Below are positions 11,198-29,560 of a stretch of DNA of 43,560 nt, piece after piece. The position numbers and the translations under genes were made by a program. The stretch spans positions 1-43,560 of the forward strand of contig CALSCP010000437.1 of the NCBI GenBank assembly GCA_943704425.1, read 5' to 3'. This DNA is from Ministeria vibrans ATCC 50519. Its lineage: Eukaryota; Protista; Filasterea. The notes under the pieces were generated by a model. The model did not search any database. It was not told the DNA's origin and worked only from the letters and a program-made list of their open reading frames with translations. Positions within the stretch are counted from its first letter, which is position 1. Each line of letters opens with the position of its first letter.

Positions 11198-11357
11198 GGT
11201 CGTGACTCTTTCTTAATTAATTATTATTATTAATAATTATTATTATAATAATAATTATTTTATTTTTTTATTTTTTTTATTATTATTTATTTTCGCTTTT
11301 CGTTTGTGATTGATAATAAATTGAAAATGTCTTCTTCTTCTATTATTTTTACATAAT

Positions 11358-11442
11358 AACCCCATTTATTAATGATACAGTCACCACGCGAAGACACAGC
11401 CAGACCGTCTTGCAAACTCAACCGAAACTCTAGAGGTAACAT
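11358..11442 (-). mobile_element. 5'-truncated non-LTR retrotransposon 3' end (copy 1)
   Basis: CCCATTTATTAATGATACAGTCACCACGCGAAGACACAGCCAGACCG...CTCTAGAGGTAACAT is near-identical to ~36997-37078 and ~43480-43560 and to the reverse complement of ~41230-41305. Confidence 0.85.
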
Positions 11443-12686
11443 AATTTCAAGAGGGCCCCGTCCCACAAATCGCTCAGCATGAGTACAGCTATTCGCAGTC
11501 ATTTTTTCGCCTATCCACAAAGGAAAAGGTTGTTTCCCACATCAATACAGTGAATACACGTGCATTGGGGGTGGGATCGGGTGGGGGTTAGGGTGAGCGT
11601 GATGATCCTGAAAATCCTGGCGCGTTCACAACGGTTTTTTGTGATTCTCATACCCTAAGCCCTAGTGCAAGTGTGGACTGTGAATATACCCATGGTTGCG
11701 TAATGTGGTTGCTTTTAATATGGATTTTCGTTGGGATCGCCGAGCGTGTTTGCATTCTGGATTTCACATTCATTCCGCCTTTTCCGCTCACGGTTTGCCT
11801 CATTTGAATCCGTATATGTTCTTTTGGAGATCTTTATGCATCTTTATGGACAGAAATGCCATTTTCGTGACGTGAAGGACTTCTGTGGAACGCGGGATTA
11901 TTTTTCTGTGACCCTTAATGGACCCTTAATGGAACCTTAATGTCCTTTCTGCATCCTTAATGTTCTTTCTGTATAGTATCCGTGTCATGTCGAAAACAAG
12001 GAGGGCTAGGAGTGCGCGTATAGACACGAATGGCGCTGGGCGTGACGGCTGCAAGGAGGATCTGACCCCTCAGGCAAAGTATGTTGTGCTTGTTGTCTTT
12101 TTATGCGGATTTTATTACTCTGATAGATACGAACGCAAACTGCGCGGTAAGGACTAAGGAGCAGAGGTATCAAGTATTGAATTCGTGACTATTTTTTCAA
12201 AGCTGGCAAAAAAAACTGAAAACTTGAATTATTAATATTTTTTTTTTGTTTTGTGTATTCTCCTTGTTTGGACTTTTGACATTTCTACAACTCTCCGACC
12301 GCTACAGTAAGTCACAAACATATCAGGGGGTTGTGTGTGTCCGTTTTCGGTGTCGGCGGAGGTCGGCATGGTGGCACACGGGCATATATATATAATATGA
12401 CTGCGAGAAAAATTCGAGAATAAGAAGAGAATAAAGCGAACACAACGCAAATATTGCTCGCAAACGAAATACCCGGCGTATTTCCGCGTGCCGTGTGCGC
12501 CCAGGGGTTGGTACCACTTACTCCGTACCAGTGGTGGGATGACGGGGGTAGGAGGACCGTGTACCTTTTTTTTTTAGTTTTTTCTGGCGAACATTTTTCT
12601 CCATTAAATTTTTTCGTATTCTCCTTTCGCTCTATCTCAGAATCAAAGCCAGTTTGCCTGTCCTGAATTCCTGCCGCAATTTAGAT

Positions 12687-14045
12687 ATGGTTTCTATGTC
12701 CATCTTTGTCTGCCTACTATTTGCTTCGCCAACACTGGGGGACCTAATTTGTCCCGTGACCGCAACGACTGTCTCCTGTGAAAAGCACATCATAGGTCCT
12801 AACAAACATGAGGCCTTCTGTTGGTGTCCCAACTCCGCACAGTGCTATGACGTCAACTGTGATCGACCGCCCAGTGACGTGATGAGCTTTGGCGGATCGT
12901 GGACATGTACCAGCTCTCCGTGGGATCAACCGGGCAATATCAACATCAACGGCCTTAGTGTCTTCTATCCTGGCACCGCTACTTGTGAGGGTGAAGGCTC
13001 CCCTTCGCCCTGCATCTCAGCTCCTTGCCAAAATGGGGGAACTTGCATTGCGACTGCAGGCGACAGCGCATTCACCTGCACGTGCCCATACGGGTTGTGT
13101 GGTCCTGAATGCACACAAAGGAACACTTCTGCCGATTTGTGTCCGTTCACCGCGGCCAAAGTCACGTGCACTGAAAGCCACTTTCTGGGACAGGATACTA
13201 CGGAACATTTCTGCTGGTGCGTCGAGTCTCCAGGAACCATTCCAGGCTACACTCCCTTCACAGCAGAGCCAAGCGTACCGTCTTCGAGTTGGACATGCAG
13301 CAACACGCCGTGGGTCCAAGCAAATCCGGCATATGGCTTCTACCCTGGCACGAGGACGTGCGACGGAACTCTCAGCCTTGAAAATCCATGCGACTCATCG
13401 CCTTGTGCAAACGGAGCAACATGCCTATCGTACTTATCGTATTATACAGCCCCGTCTACCATATCAGAGGTATATTCATCTCCGCAGTGCACTTGCCCTG
13501 TCGACTACATCGGCGAGTATTGTTCCATTCCTAACCCATGCACGGCAATTCCGAATCCATGTGGGCCAGACACTTTGGGAGGCTCATGCGAGACTATTTC
13601 TTCCGACTTTCCGCCATCATTCCAATGTTCTTGCAACCCATCGGGCGCCTCTATTGCCCCTCCTGAGGGCTCTCCATGTCCCTGTCCGTACGGACTACGT
13701 GGACCAAATTGTGAAATTGAACCGTGTGCTTCGTCTCCATGCATGAACGGCGGAAATTGCACGAATATTCAAAAGATTGACGATCCCTACGACTCTTTCG
13801 CAACTTATTGGACGTGCTCATGTCCTCCCGGCTATGGCAATTACGACTGCTCGTTTATAACCCCGGCCGATTCGGCTTCCCTGGCTAAATCGTCAAGTAT
13901 GATTCCGCTCATTGCTGGCGCTGTTGGGGGAATACTCATCGTCGGCGCCATCATCGGAGTAATTTTGTATCGCCGACGTCAGCGCCGCAAGTCAAGCAAG
14001 CAAGATATACTTCTAAACACAATTGAAACACCGTACGACGAATAG
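12687..14045 (+). CDS. Intronless EGF-like-repeat type-I transmembrane protein with two copies of an unrecognised Cys-rich module
   Basis: Signal peptide MVSMSIFVCLLFASPTLG. EGF repeats such as PCISAPCQNGGTC...CTCPYGLCGPEC, PCDSSPCANGATC...CTCPVDYIGEYC and PCASSPCMNGGNC...CSCPPGYGNYDC. TM helix IPLIAGAVGGILIVGAIIGVILY followed by RRRQRRK and a short tail ending ETPYDE. Confidence 0.88.
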   Translation: MVSMSIFVCLLFASPTLGDLICPVTATTVSCEKHIIGPNKHEAFCWCPNSAQCYDVNCDRPPSDVMSFGGSWTCTSSPWDQPGNININGLSVFYPGTATCEGEGSPSPCISAPCQNGGTCIATAGDSAFTCTCPYGLCGPECTQRNTSADLCPFTAAKVTCTESHFLGQDTTEHFCWCVESPGTIPGYTPFTAEPSVPSSSWTCSNTPWVQANPAYGFYPGTRTCDGTLSLENPCDSSPCANGATCLSYLSYYTAPSTISEVYSSPQCTCPVDYIGEYCSIPNPCTAIPNPCGPDTLGGSCETISSDFPPSFQCSCNPSGASIAPPEGSPCPCPYGLRGPNCEIEPCASSPCMNGGNCTNIQKIDDPYDSFATYWTCSCPPGYGNYDCSFITPADSASLAKSSSMIPLIAGAVGGILIVGAIIGVILYRRRQRRKSSKQDILLNTIETPYDE

Positions 14046-14444
14046 GTTATTTGCTTGTTTTTATGTTGGCTGAGAAATCGAAATACAACAAAAAGGAACT
14101 GAAAAAAATTAAGCTGGCAACAACAGGACAGTAAAATAAACTCAGAATTTCAGGCCTTGTTATCCAGCAATTTGGCCTTCAACTTAGTCGGCTGTTAAAT
14201 TCACCGTTAGAATTGCTGCCAACTTTTTGACCTCCAAAATCCGAAAAATAATAATGACTCTCAGTAATTTGACTTCAATTTCCTGCGCTGTTGATGTTGA
14301 GTGTACATGTAGAGGCTGTAGTGACTAGTGACTACCTAGTGTTTGAGGTCGGTTTGCGAGACCGCTGGAAAGAAAGAGACAAAAAAGAAGTTGCGAGTTC
14401 GCCCTTACTTGAAAAAATGAAACTAAAGTGAACTCTTAATACAT

Positions 14445-15844
14445 TTATTCGACTTTGCTATCAATTTCTTTGCGCGCTCGCCACGCAGACAAAATCGCCC
14501 ATACAGACAAGGGGCGCATGTACGACAGTGATCGATATGTGTGATTGATGCCCACCGCCTCGGGAAGCCTACAAGAATAAAACAGAGGTAAACGTAGCCT
14601 TTGTGTGTTGTGCTCCGCTGCGTACTGGAAGGCATAACCAGCACGATTGTAGAGGTAGTCCACAAGACCATGGGCAGTCTCAAACCCTTCGGCAAGCATC
14701 CCATTCTGAATCATAGTGGCAGCTACAGCAAACGTTGTGCCGAGCCACACTTCCTCCGACTGCATACTTGCACGATCGACTCCGCCTAAAACCACTCCAT
14801 ATCAGCACACTAGCCACACACTAAGCACACACACACACACTAAGCACACCAAAAAGACACATACATACACAGACGCAAGCACGCACACTAAGTACATACA
14901 CGAAGCACACATATACACTAAACACACACACACACACTAAGCACACACACATTAAGCACATACACACAATAAGCACACATACACACACTAAGCACACACA
15001 CACTAAGTACACACACACATGCATGTTGTTATACCACCATTGGGGCGCATTCCATTGACTGCGCCCATGCGACCGCCCGCATAGCGCTTCACATTGTTCT
15101 CATACACGGTTCGCAGTGCACTAGCAATGTCCCGCTCACTCACCACCGGCTCAAGACCACTCTGTTGCAAATACCAACTTCCAGCACACTGATCCGCCAT
15201 GATCGAATTGCTATAATTAAAAATATGGCATAAAGTAAGTGGGTTTGCAACTTCAAACACGAAGACGAAAAAAAAGGACCTGTGAGTGCTCTTTGAGCTG
15301 TCATAGTCAAAGTAAGCGCCATTGAACAGTTTCTCGGTGTACGCTCGTTTCCCACGCGCCAGCCACTGCTCAAAGACCGCCTTGGCCTCAGTGGCGCGCA
15401 CGCGCAACGCATCCGACGCAATGCGTACACACGCCGGGTCGGACACACTGATTGCGTCGGATGCACAAATGGCCGATTGCAGAGCAGCCAACCACAGTCC
15501 ACCACTGTACGCACTGCACCCCCGCACACTCCATGCGTCATACGTCTGTATGTATGTATGTGTATGTCAGTGGCGCAAACAAAAATATTGAAAAGGGGTT
15601 CAGGAGAAGAGAGTGAGTGGGAAAGCACAAAGTGGCAGTGAGTAAGCATGCAAAGAGTTGAGAGTTGAGTGAATCAGACAACCTACAAAACGCCAAATAC
15701 CCCCACTCACCTGATCAGCACTTCCTCGGTTGTCAATCACTCCATCTCCATCTAACAACACGCAATAAGAAGGTTGTCTCACTCTACCACTTTCTTTCGT
15801 TCTCTATCGCATTGTTTCCTTTCTCCACCCTTTCTCTCACTCAC

Positions 15845-15935
<91 letters not shown>

Positions 15936-16364
15936 GTATGTACCTTCGTCAAATGTAAACATATACTCAATTGCGCGTAAAAGTGACGGAAACACAGTCA
16001 CCAGAAACTCAGAATCGCCAGTGATCTTATAGTCTCGATAGACCTAAGTGAAAAATTTGGGGGATATTGAGATGACACTGGATTGATGTTTTGAGCTGGC
16101 ATTTTTTTCGAACCTGTAGCACAAACTTTGAGTTGAGGTCCTTCCACTCACTCGTGTTGTGAATGTTGTAACTATTGACGCGCTCAAAGGGAGCACCACT
16201 TGGCTCACCAATGTCGTGTGGGATGGCACCTGCACCAAGTGAGAGAGAAAATGGGGGAAAGGAGCAGGGTTGAGGATAGGATTACACTTGACAATAGGAA
16301 ACGAGTGAACCAAATTGTCCAACTTGTCAGATTATTTGTGTGGAAAAAAAATAATAATAATAAC

Positions 16365-16436
<72 letters not shown>

Positions 16437-16464
16437 TAATTTTGCGTTGCTATTGTNNNNNNNN

Positions 16465-16561
<97 letters not shown>

Positions 16562-18580
16562 TAATTTTGCGTTGCTATTGTTTTTACCGGGCACTTTGCG
16601 GGTACCACTCCTTCCGTCCATCACAAACTGCCTCTGATCGCGATCCTCAATGCCCAGCGCACGTCCCATCTCGCGCTGAATCTCCAGCTCAATGCGCGGC
16701 CAATTGGTCAGGAGTGCGACAGATGCGTAAAAATGCACATCATACGTATTGTACATGCGATACTCGTGTCCCTCCAAATACCCAAAGTACCCCATATCTT
16801 CCCCTTCCGGCCCCTCCTTGCGCGCCGTCTTCTTCTCCGCCGTGTGGTCTAGCCACAGTGTCCCGCCATCCGCCACAAAGTAAAGTCCGTTGAATAGTGC
16901 TCCCTTGAGCCATCCAGGCAACTCTGGCTCCTCCAAAATCACCCGCTGCCACGCAAAGATGCGCTCTTCCCACTCCACGGCCCTTTCCAACGCATACTCT
17001 GCAGCTTCTGCTGCACTCGACACGTACCGCGCATAACGACGTGTGTACTCCCGCTCGGAGTCGTTGAAGCGCACCTCAGGCGCATACCAGCTCAGTGCAA
17101 ATCGCCCCACTTCAAGGCGCTCACCACCACTGCCTTGCGAAAGCCCAGTGCGTGTGACAGAGAGTGCCGCACTCATTGCCTCCCCTACACGCGACGTCAT
17201 TGTCGTCGTTGCACTCTCGCTGTGCTGCTGCTGCATTGGCGAGGGTGCCACGCTGCCTGTGTCGCGTAGTGTGCGCCAGACTGCGCGTGCACTTGAGCCA
17301 TCGCCCCCCTCCGACACAAACCCCACACAACGCCCCACAGTCTCTCCCTCAGCCGCAATCGCAAAGTCAACGGGATACGCTCCATCACGATGCTCCAGAA
17401 CAACGGTATGCTCGCCACTCGCACGGTTCACGTGTCCTCCATGCACGTCTGCGTTCTCGCCCGTCCCATTCTGCCAACTGAAACACACCGACACAGCCAG
17501 TGTGCTACCGTCCCGTGTCCCTTGCTCGTCCGACACCACTGTCACCTCCCACACAAAGACCGCGCACGGAAGACTGCTGTCACGGTAGTCGTCGGCAATC
17601 ACAGGTGACACCTTGGCGAAAGGAAGAAGAGCAAAAATGAGAAAAATTGAGAAACAATAATAATGCAATAATTTAGTATTAATATAATAATAACTATAGT
17701 TAATAATGTTAATTTGGTGCACCTGACGACAGACGAGTCGCAAAAGAATGCCACACTCATCGATGGTGTACGTGGTCCAGGAACGTGGATAGAGGGCATG
17801 GTAGGTGGTGTTGGCCGGCGAGTGGGTCGTGCGTTCGGGATCCCAGTGGGTCGGGCGACCGCTCAGTATCTTCTGCACAAGGTGGAACCTGGAACAAAAA
17901 CGGCACAATATTGCGTCAATGTGCACACTGCCTTGGTCGCACAGCGTACCGTTCGCCTGTTGTAGGGTGGATGCGTGCAACGGAGACCACAAAGGCGTCG
18001 GCCTTCACTTCGGTGCTCTGGTACACGCCAGGCTGAGACACCTGCCAACGGTCAAAGGCGCCCGTCAGTCCTCGGCCGATTGTGCCCGCCCCAATGCCAC
18101 CCAGCGGCACGCCGCCGCGCGATGGCGACAGCGGTAGCTGATGGAATGGATCCATGTAGGGAACGCGGTTCATGGCGCGCGACTGACGCACTTGCTTGTA
18201 CATTCTGTCAAAAGGAGATATTATATAAAAATAGGAGTTAAAGTCAAAATGTGGGGTAATACGGTCGATTCGACCGCACGATGCAAGAATATACACAGCA
18301 TCACACTATGCTCAGTCAAACAGGAGCAACTGATGCAAGGAAAAGAGCAAGGGAAAGCGGGAAGGGCGCAAAAACAAAGAATTGTCATGCTGTACCGCCA
18401 TGCGAGCGGCAAAAAGCCAATAGCCTGGCGGAATCGAGGAGTGAAGGGGCGCGGCTGGCATTCAAAGGAGGCGGCGGTCGAGGAGCGGAAGTAGCAGTTG
18501 TCTTGCGACGGAATTGCAGTGGAAGCTGAAGAGGATGCTGATGGAGGCGCTGCTGCGGCTGTCGCGTCTTCTGAACTCAT
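14445..18580 (-). CDS. GBA2: Non-lysosomal glucosylceramidase (GH116; multi-exon)
   Basis: [127 protein letters not shown]. Confidence 0.95.
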
Positions 18581-18807
18581 GCTGCACGCGCAAGTCAATA
18601 CACGGTTTGACTTGTAAAAAAAAAGACACACAGCCAGAGAGAGAAATGAATTGTCAATATTAATTACGACGAGCACTTATGTGATCTCAGTGATCTCTTC
18701 AATAACTTTTAATCATCATAATTATAATATTAATATTAATTTTTATTATTTATTATTCATAATTCACACACAAATTTTCCTCTCTCTCTCTCTCTCTCTG
18801 ACGCAGT

Positions 18808-21751
<2,944 letters not shown>

Positions 21752-22048
21752 AATTTGTCCTTTGAACATATGTTGCAATTTCTCTATCTTTCTCTATCTC
21801 TCTCTATCTCTCTCATTGCTCTCCGGGGTCCTGGACTCAAATCCTTAGATGATCCGCCAAAACATTTTAACAGGCTCGCATGTGTATTAGTGGGTCTATG
21901 GACTTCTCTCGGGAGTCGGGCTGAAAAAAAAACAACAAACTGTGTGTGTGTGAAACGGAATCTCACTCCATTATCATCTATTATTGACACACAAAATATC
22001 ACGTCTTAATATTAAAAAATCAAGTATCGTATTGTTACAATATACAAA

Positions 22049-23654
<1,606 letters not shown>

Positions 23655-23845
23655 CACAGAAAAACTTTGAAATTACTTGAAATTTGCATTTGGATGATCA
23701 GTGCAGACAACACGCGCGTCTATGTTCATGTTGGCGTTGAAAACGTGCCCTATAGTCTATAGCTTTTTTTTTTTTTTTTGTGGGGGGGGGGACTTTACTT
23801 GTTAAAACTTAAAGGTAGATCTGAGTAAAACCAGTATTATTTTCG

Positions 23846-26800
23846 ATGGACTCGGAATCGGCGCCGTCCTCACGGGCCACAGAGCCAGCAATTGCCACTC
23901 GCACGGCACGCCCCACTCGACGAGCCGCTGCCGGTGTGGCTCTCGCCTTTTCGGCTGCGGGCGAAGACGTTCGGGCGGGACACGGACGCGGAACGAAGCG
24001 ACGATTCGACGAGGACGACTACGACTACGACGAAGAGTATGTGGATCCTGTCAGTGTGGATGGCGACACTGCCGTCGCCGAGAACCCGTCCAACCTGCCT
24101 CAGGATGCTGCACAGGCAGCGACGAGCTCAGCAGAGTGCGCTACAGCAGCAAGCGCGGCTGATTCGTCCGAGTTGTATCAACCGAGAAAACCGCGTCGGC
24201 GCCCGACCTCCAAGCGCGCGAGTGCCAGCACGGGTGCCGCATCGGGTAGCAGCAGTACGGTGTTGGCTGTGGCTGGCGACGACGACGACGGCGAAGAGGC
24301 GGCGCCCGAAAGCGAACGCAAACGCGAACGACGCAAACTCGAGCGGCAATGGTGCAGTGTGGGTGACGCGTCGAGCCGCCTTGCACTCATCAGCAACGTA
24401 CACGTGGCGAGTCTTGCGCAACTGATCACGGCGGCAACCCTTGATCCGCAATCACAGGTACGTGCGGCGGCCGTGTACCATTTGGGGCGTCTGGGCGAGG
24501 CACACGACCTGGCTGTACGTGTCGCGTTGCATTCATGTGTGTGCGACACCGCCGACAATGTACGCGCCGCTGCGCTCCGACAACTTTCACTGCTGCCCAA
24601 TAACTCTAGTGTGGCTGTCGTTGCGCGACGCCGCGCCACCGACTCGAGTGCGCTCGTGCGCATTGAAGCACTTCGGGCTCTCACGCGAGTCACCACCGCA
24701 CAGTCCAGCTCCGCCATGGACACCACCAATGATGATGACGATGAGAATGCCACGGTTGCCCTGCTGACAGTGTGCGCCACGGACGACGGCGATCCTCGCG
24801 TGCGTGCTTGTGCCGTTGAGTCGCTTCTTGCCGTGCACGAGTCGTGTGCTTCGCTCATTCGCGCGCCGCGTCTTTTTGGTGCCCTCGAACGATGTGTTGT
24901 GGATGTTGCGGCGCCCGTCCGCTCGGGCGCTGTCGCCCTCATTGGTTCGCTTGCCGTCAACGACTCGGCTCTGGCCAATGGCGCTTTCTTTGTTCTCTCA
25001 GGGGCAGCGCTTGACCTGAGTGTCGATGTACGAGTACATGCACTCACGCAACTGGGCAAGGTGGCGCTCACCGCGGACGAAGCAGTGGTGCTGTGTGCCT
25101 TCACCAAACGTCGTCCTGGTGCACCGCTGCACGCCATGTCTTCTACACCTCTCAGCACCCGTGATGCCGAGGCAGCCGCAGTGCACTCGGCCTCTGCTGC
25201 CTCGGCCATGACAGACTTTCAAATGGGGGCGTTTGTGCACGCCCTCGAAGACGAATTCTCTGTCGTACGCACGGCCGCACTCAATGCCATTCAAACACTT
25301 GCGACTCGCTCGCGAGTGCTGGCGGGCACAGCCCTGGAACATCTCACCGACGCATTTAATGACGATGTGGAGGAAGTGCGAGTGTGTGCGGTGCGCTGTC
25401 TCACGCGCATGGCCCATCTTGCGGTGGTCGGGTCCGAGCTGGTGGCGCCCGTGCTTGCCTCACTCGAGGACCAAAGCAGTGAAATGCGAGCGCAGCTGTT
25501 TGCGCTGCTTTCAGTGGTGTCGCTTGCCAATGCGGGCTGTGTGTACTCATCGTTGCTTGCGCTGCTGAGCTGTCTCGAGCGCAACCCATCAGACTTTCTT
25601 GGCGTGCTCCACGCGTGCGCTCAACTGGGCGCGCACCACCCGTTTATTACGCAGTCGCTGGTGACGCGCGTGCTGGGTGTCGACGGGCGATTTCTCACCC
25701 AAGAAGTGGACGTCGAGGACCGCTTCTATCTGTGCCGCTTGGCCTTCATCTGTTGTGCGGCTGCCAAGTGCAGCATCACACGCGCACTCGTCCCACCCTT
25801 TGTGCACCGCCAGCGTCGCTTTCTCTGCGCTGAGTTTCCCAGTGCTTTCCCTGCCTGGCCCGAACAGCCGTGTACGACTCCCGCCGAGGATACATTAGCG
25901 AACGATTCTTCCCTGAGCGCCTCGCGCGCAGTGCTCACCCAGAGCATTGCTGCATTGGCTCTCAAGGGAAACCACAACAATAACAAACACCGTCCGCTAA
26001 TGAATCAGCGACTGTGGTCGCGTGTCATTGCCGATGTGCGTGCAGTAGGCGCAGCTCATCCGGTGCTGTGGACCACGACCGAGTTCTACGCGTTGGCCTT
26101 TGAGGCAACCTCCGCACTGAGTGTGTCCGTGTCTCAGGTAACTCGGGTGGATGCGAGTGGCGCGGGCGGTGCGGCTGCAGAAGGCATGGTGGTTGGAGTG
26201 CAGCGTGCATTGGCGTGTGTGCAACGCGTGCGAAACTACTTTCCCGCTGTGAGCGACGCGACTGCGCGTGTGCTGTTACTGATGGAGTGGACTGCCGTGG
26301 CGGCGGTGAGTCGCGCGCGATGTGTCCCCATGCCGATGTACACTGTGCGTGAGCTACAAATGGCCGTCGGAGGAAGTGAGCCTGATCCCATGTGGCCCGA
26401 CTGGCTTGTTCAAAGTAGTCAGACGCAAATCAAGAGCGAAGAAGAGGACGCAGATCAGCTACAACGGCAATCACAACATCAGCAGCAGGGGGATAGCAAA
26501 TCAGTTCTCATTCGCGACTTACTTCTGCAGCACTGGTCTCCTCCACTCGACCACTGGCGTACCCTGTCCACCACTACAGCCACTGTTCCAATGATTCGTG
26601 TCGTTGACTTTGCCGTTGCACCCGTCACTTCCCAGAGCGATCCACTCGTGCACTGTGCGGGACTGCCCATCTCAATTGACGCAGACGCGCGTGTGCTCGC
26701 GCTACCCACCGACCGTACGCACCACATTGTGCTGCGCGTCACCTACGCCAATGGCTCCCACGCACTGCACTATCCCCGTGCAACCGAATTTACACATGAG

Positions 26801-27032
26801 TCAGGTGCCGTGCGAGTGCGCTCTTCCGTGTTTCTCACGCAAGTTCCACAAGCCGGTTAGAGAAGCAAAGAGGAAAATGGACACACAAACCTGATATGAT
26901 GTTTCACTTATTTTTTTGACAGGTGTGGGGTTAGTTGATGTGCGTGTCTGTATGTTGGTGGATCGCGATCGAAACCTTGCGTTGCCACTGAGTTTGCCAC
27001 GCCGCGTATTTGTGAGAACAACTCAAATGTAA
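23846..27032 (+). CDS. INTS4: Integrator complex subunit 4 (HEAT repeats); long first exon plus a probable short last exon at 26923-27032
   Basis: Diagnostic GAFVHALEDEFSVVRTAAL...ALEHLTDAFNDDVEEVRVCAV, LGAHHP, EVDVEDRFY, and a C-terminal beta domain (AGLPISIDADA...LRVTYANG). Confidence 0.88.
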
Positions 27033-27548
27033 ACATATTAATAATGAAAAGCGTTTTAATAATATCGAAATTGAAGTCATGAACAGTATAATTTTTTGTA
27101 TCGTTCAGGACTGTCAACCATCATTGTAAGTAATATTTATAATTATTTAATATTTCAATGGTTTCTATTATCAGTGAAATGTGCGGTGGGGCTTTCGTTT
27201 AGAATAAATAAGAAAAATAATTAGGAAAATAAATAGTGAATCGAGAACTGAATAAGTAATGGAGAATCGAGAAAAAATTATTTTCGTTTTTTATTTTTAT
27301 TTTTCTGTCTGTTCTCTACGAGTCTTCATTGGGCTCTTCATAAGTCATAAGATACTTCTTAGGTTCTTGTCGTGTTTGGACAACCCCTAAGCACACCGAT
27401 TGAATATACATCTCTTCAAAAGAAACTCGACAGTTGATCGACCAAACTGAATATAAATAGTTACATGGCCGATCTGCCGCACAACACAACGTCTCCATCA
27501 AACCCATCTCACTCTCCCACATTGCCACCAAATCCACAATAGCACGAA

Positions 27549-29515
27549 ATGTCTTCAAAGGTAATATTGTGCAGCAATATTTCATCATCAACACTATCAA
27601 TATACTAATTGCATCATACTATAGTTTGACGACACCTTGGCAACACTGGAGCAGCTTGCTCCGCCCAACAACAAATCTCATGCTGACAGCAAGAATACTG
27701 GCTCTCCACTTTCAACAGCGCCGGCGTCGCCGTTTCATCGCCTCTCGCCCGAGCAGGAGCAGCGTTTACGCGCTGCCTTGAAAAAACTTGTCCAGCCCGA
27801 TCGCACCGGCTTTTCGCGCTCCGCTATGACCACCCAAGACAAGTCTCTCAAGAAGAAGTGTGGCATCCGAGTACGCCGTGCTCGTCCTTATGGCGCGCCT
27901 GAACTCGCCGCCGCAACAAATACAACAACAAATGACCCGCCGAAAAAAGAGCTCAACCGCGCGTCAAAATGTTATGTTTGCAAGCAATCCTATCGCCTCC
28001 TACACCCTTTCTATGACCAGCTATGTCCACCGTGTGCCTCACTTAACATGATGAAGCGCACCCAGTCATTTCCACTTCCCTCCAAGGTTGCCTTGGTTAC
28101 GGGCGCGCGCCTGAAAATCGGCTTTCAAATTGCCCTCAAACTTCTTCGCGCCGAAGCAACCGGTATGAAATTGAGCTATTGAGAATTATAAATGCTAACT
28201 CGAACATGCAGTCATTGTCACAACTCGCTTCCCCCACGACGCTGCTTTGCGCTACTCGCGCGAACCCGATTTTGCGTCCTTTTCACACCGACTTCACATT
28301 TTTGGCGCGGATTTTCGTGTTCGCTCTCAGGTAAAAAAAAAATTGATAGTAAAACTTTCTTCTCGTCATTGATTGGGTCAAAAACAAATTTCCATTATTT
28401 ATCAATTTAAATTGTATTAATAATTGACGCGCAAACTTTAGATCCACTCTCTGGCCGAAACGATTCTGGCGCGATTCTCTCGTCTGGATATCGTGATTCA
28501 CAACGCAGCGCAAACCATTCACCGCCCACCTCAATTTTATGCCCACCTACTGGACACTGAGCGCAAGCCACTGGCCAAACAACTCACTCACACACTCCTC
28601 TTCTCAGCCACTCATCACCGTTCACTTCCAACGTCGTCAACAGTGACAGAACACTCTCATGATCATCCTACGGCACGTTTCAACTCGGACCATCACGACA
28701 GTACCGTTCCGGATAATGACGCCACTGTTTCTGCCGCGCATCGATATCCGCAATTTCTTTCTCCCGCCCTCTGCTCACAAGTCAGAAAAAGAGAAAAAGA
28801 AACATGCCAATCAACCCCCTTCCCAACTCTCTAACCCTTTCTTCTTCTATATAGATTGCGACTGTTCCATCGGATCTCGACGCATCGCAATCAGTCTATT
28901 TCCCAGAGGGTGAGGTGGACGGCGATGGTCAGCAGGTGGACACACGCCCCACTGTGTCTTGGGACCATCCACTAAGTCAGGTGCATGTAAATGAGATGGC
29001 TGAGACAGCCACTGTCAACTACATTGCACCAGTGTTCCTGACGCAGCTCCTGCGTCCTCTCCTTGCGGCCACGGCGCGTCTGCAGTCCCCGCAGCGCGCC
29101 TATGTGGTGAATGTGTCGTCAATGGAGGGCAAATTTGCGCGGTTTTTCAAGTCCGCGGCTCATGCACACACCAACGGACCAAAGGCCGCTCTCAACGTAT
29201 AACAGAACTACTGGCCGTACTCTCACGTGCAACAATTCTTACATTAAGATACGTATATACTTGGGTTTGTAGGCGTTTACTCGATCGAGCGGCGAGGACT
29301 ATGCGCGTGAGCACATTTTCATGACGGCGGTGGACACAGGCTGGGTGACGCAGGAGCACGGTGCGACCATGCGGGAGACCATGGCGGATTTTGAGCCGCC
29401 CATTGACGACGTGGACGGAGCGGCACGTGTGCTCGACCCGGTGTTCATGGGCGAGAGTGAGCATGCCTTTGCTGCCGGTGTGTTTCTCAAAGATTATGCG
29501 CAGTCTCAGTGGTGA
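27549..29515 (+). CDS. Short-chain dehydrogenase/reductase with N-terminal CxxC...CxxC module (multi-exon)
   Basis: [115 protein letters not shown]. Start inferred as MSSK|FDDTL. Confidence 0.85.
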
Positions 29516-29560
29516 TTAAAGAGTTGGTTTTGTTTTGAGGGAATCAATAAGAAAATAGAA

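Noticed and set aside
11910-11962. Short tandem CCTTAATG repeats
   Set aside because: Four degenerate units with no associated TIR, ORF or second copy in the window; no function supportable.
16350-16582. Duplicated (AAT)n-TAATTTTGCGTTGCTATTGT on both sides of an 8-N gap; poly-I and poly-N ORF tails
   Set aside because: Most likely a scaffolding overlap artefact in an intronic microsatellite; not coding.
24128-26742. Many long antisense and alternate-frame ORFs over INTS4 (and likewise over AP4E1, GBA2 and the Roc gene)
   Set aside because: Shadow ORFs expected from GC-rich coding sequence; no recognisable motifs.
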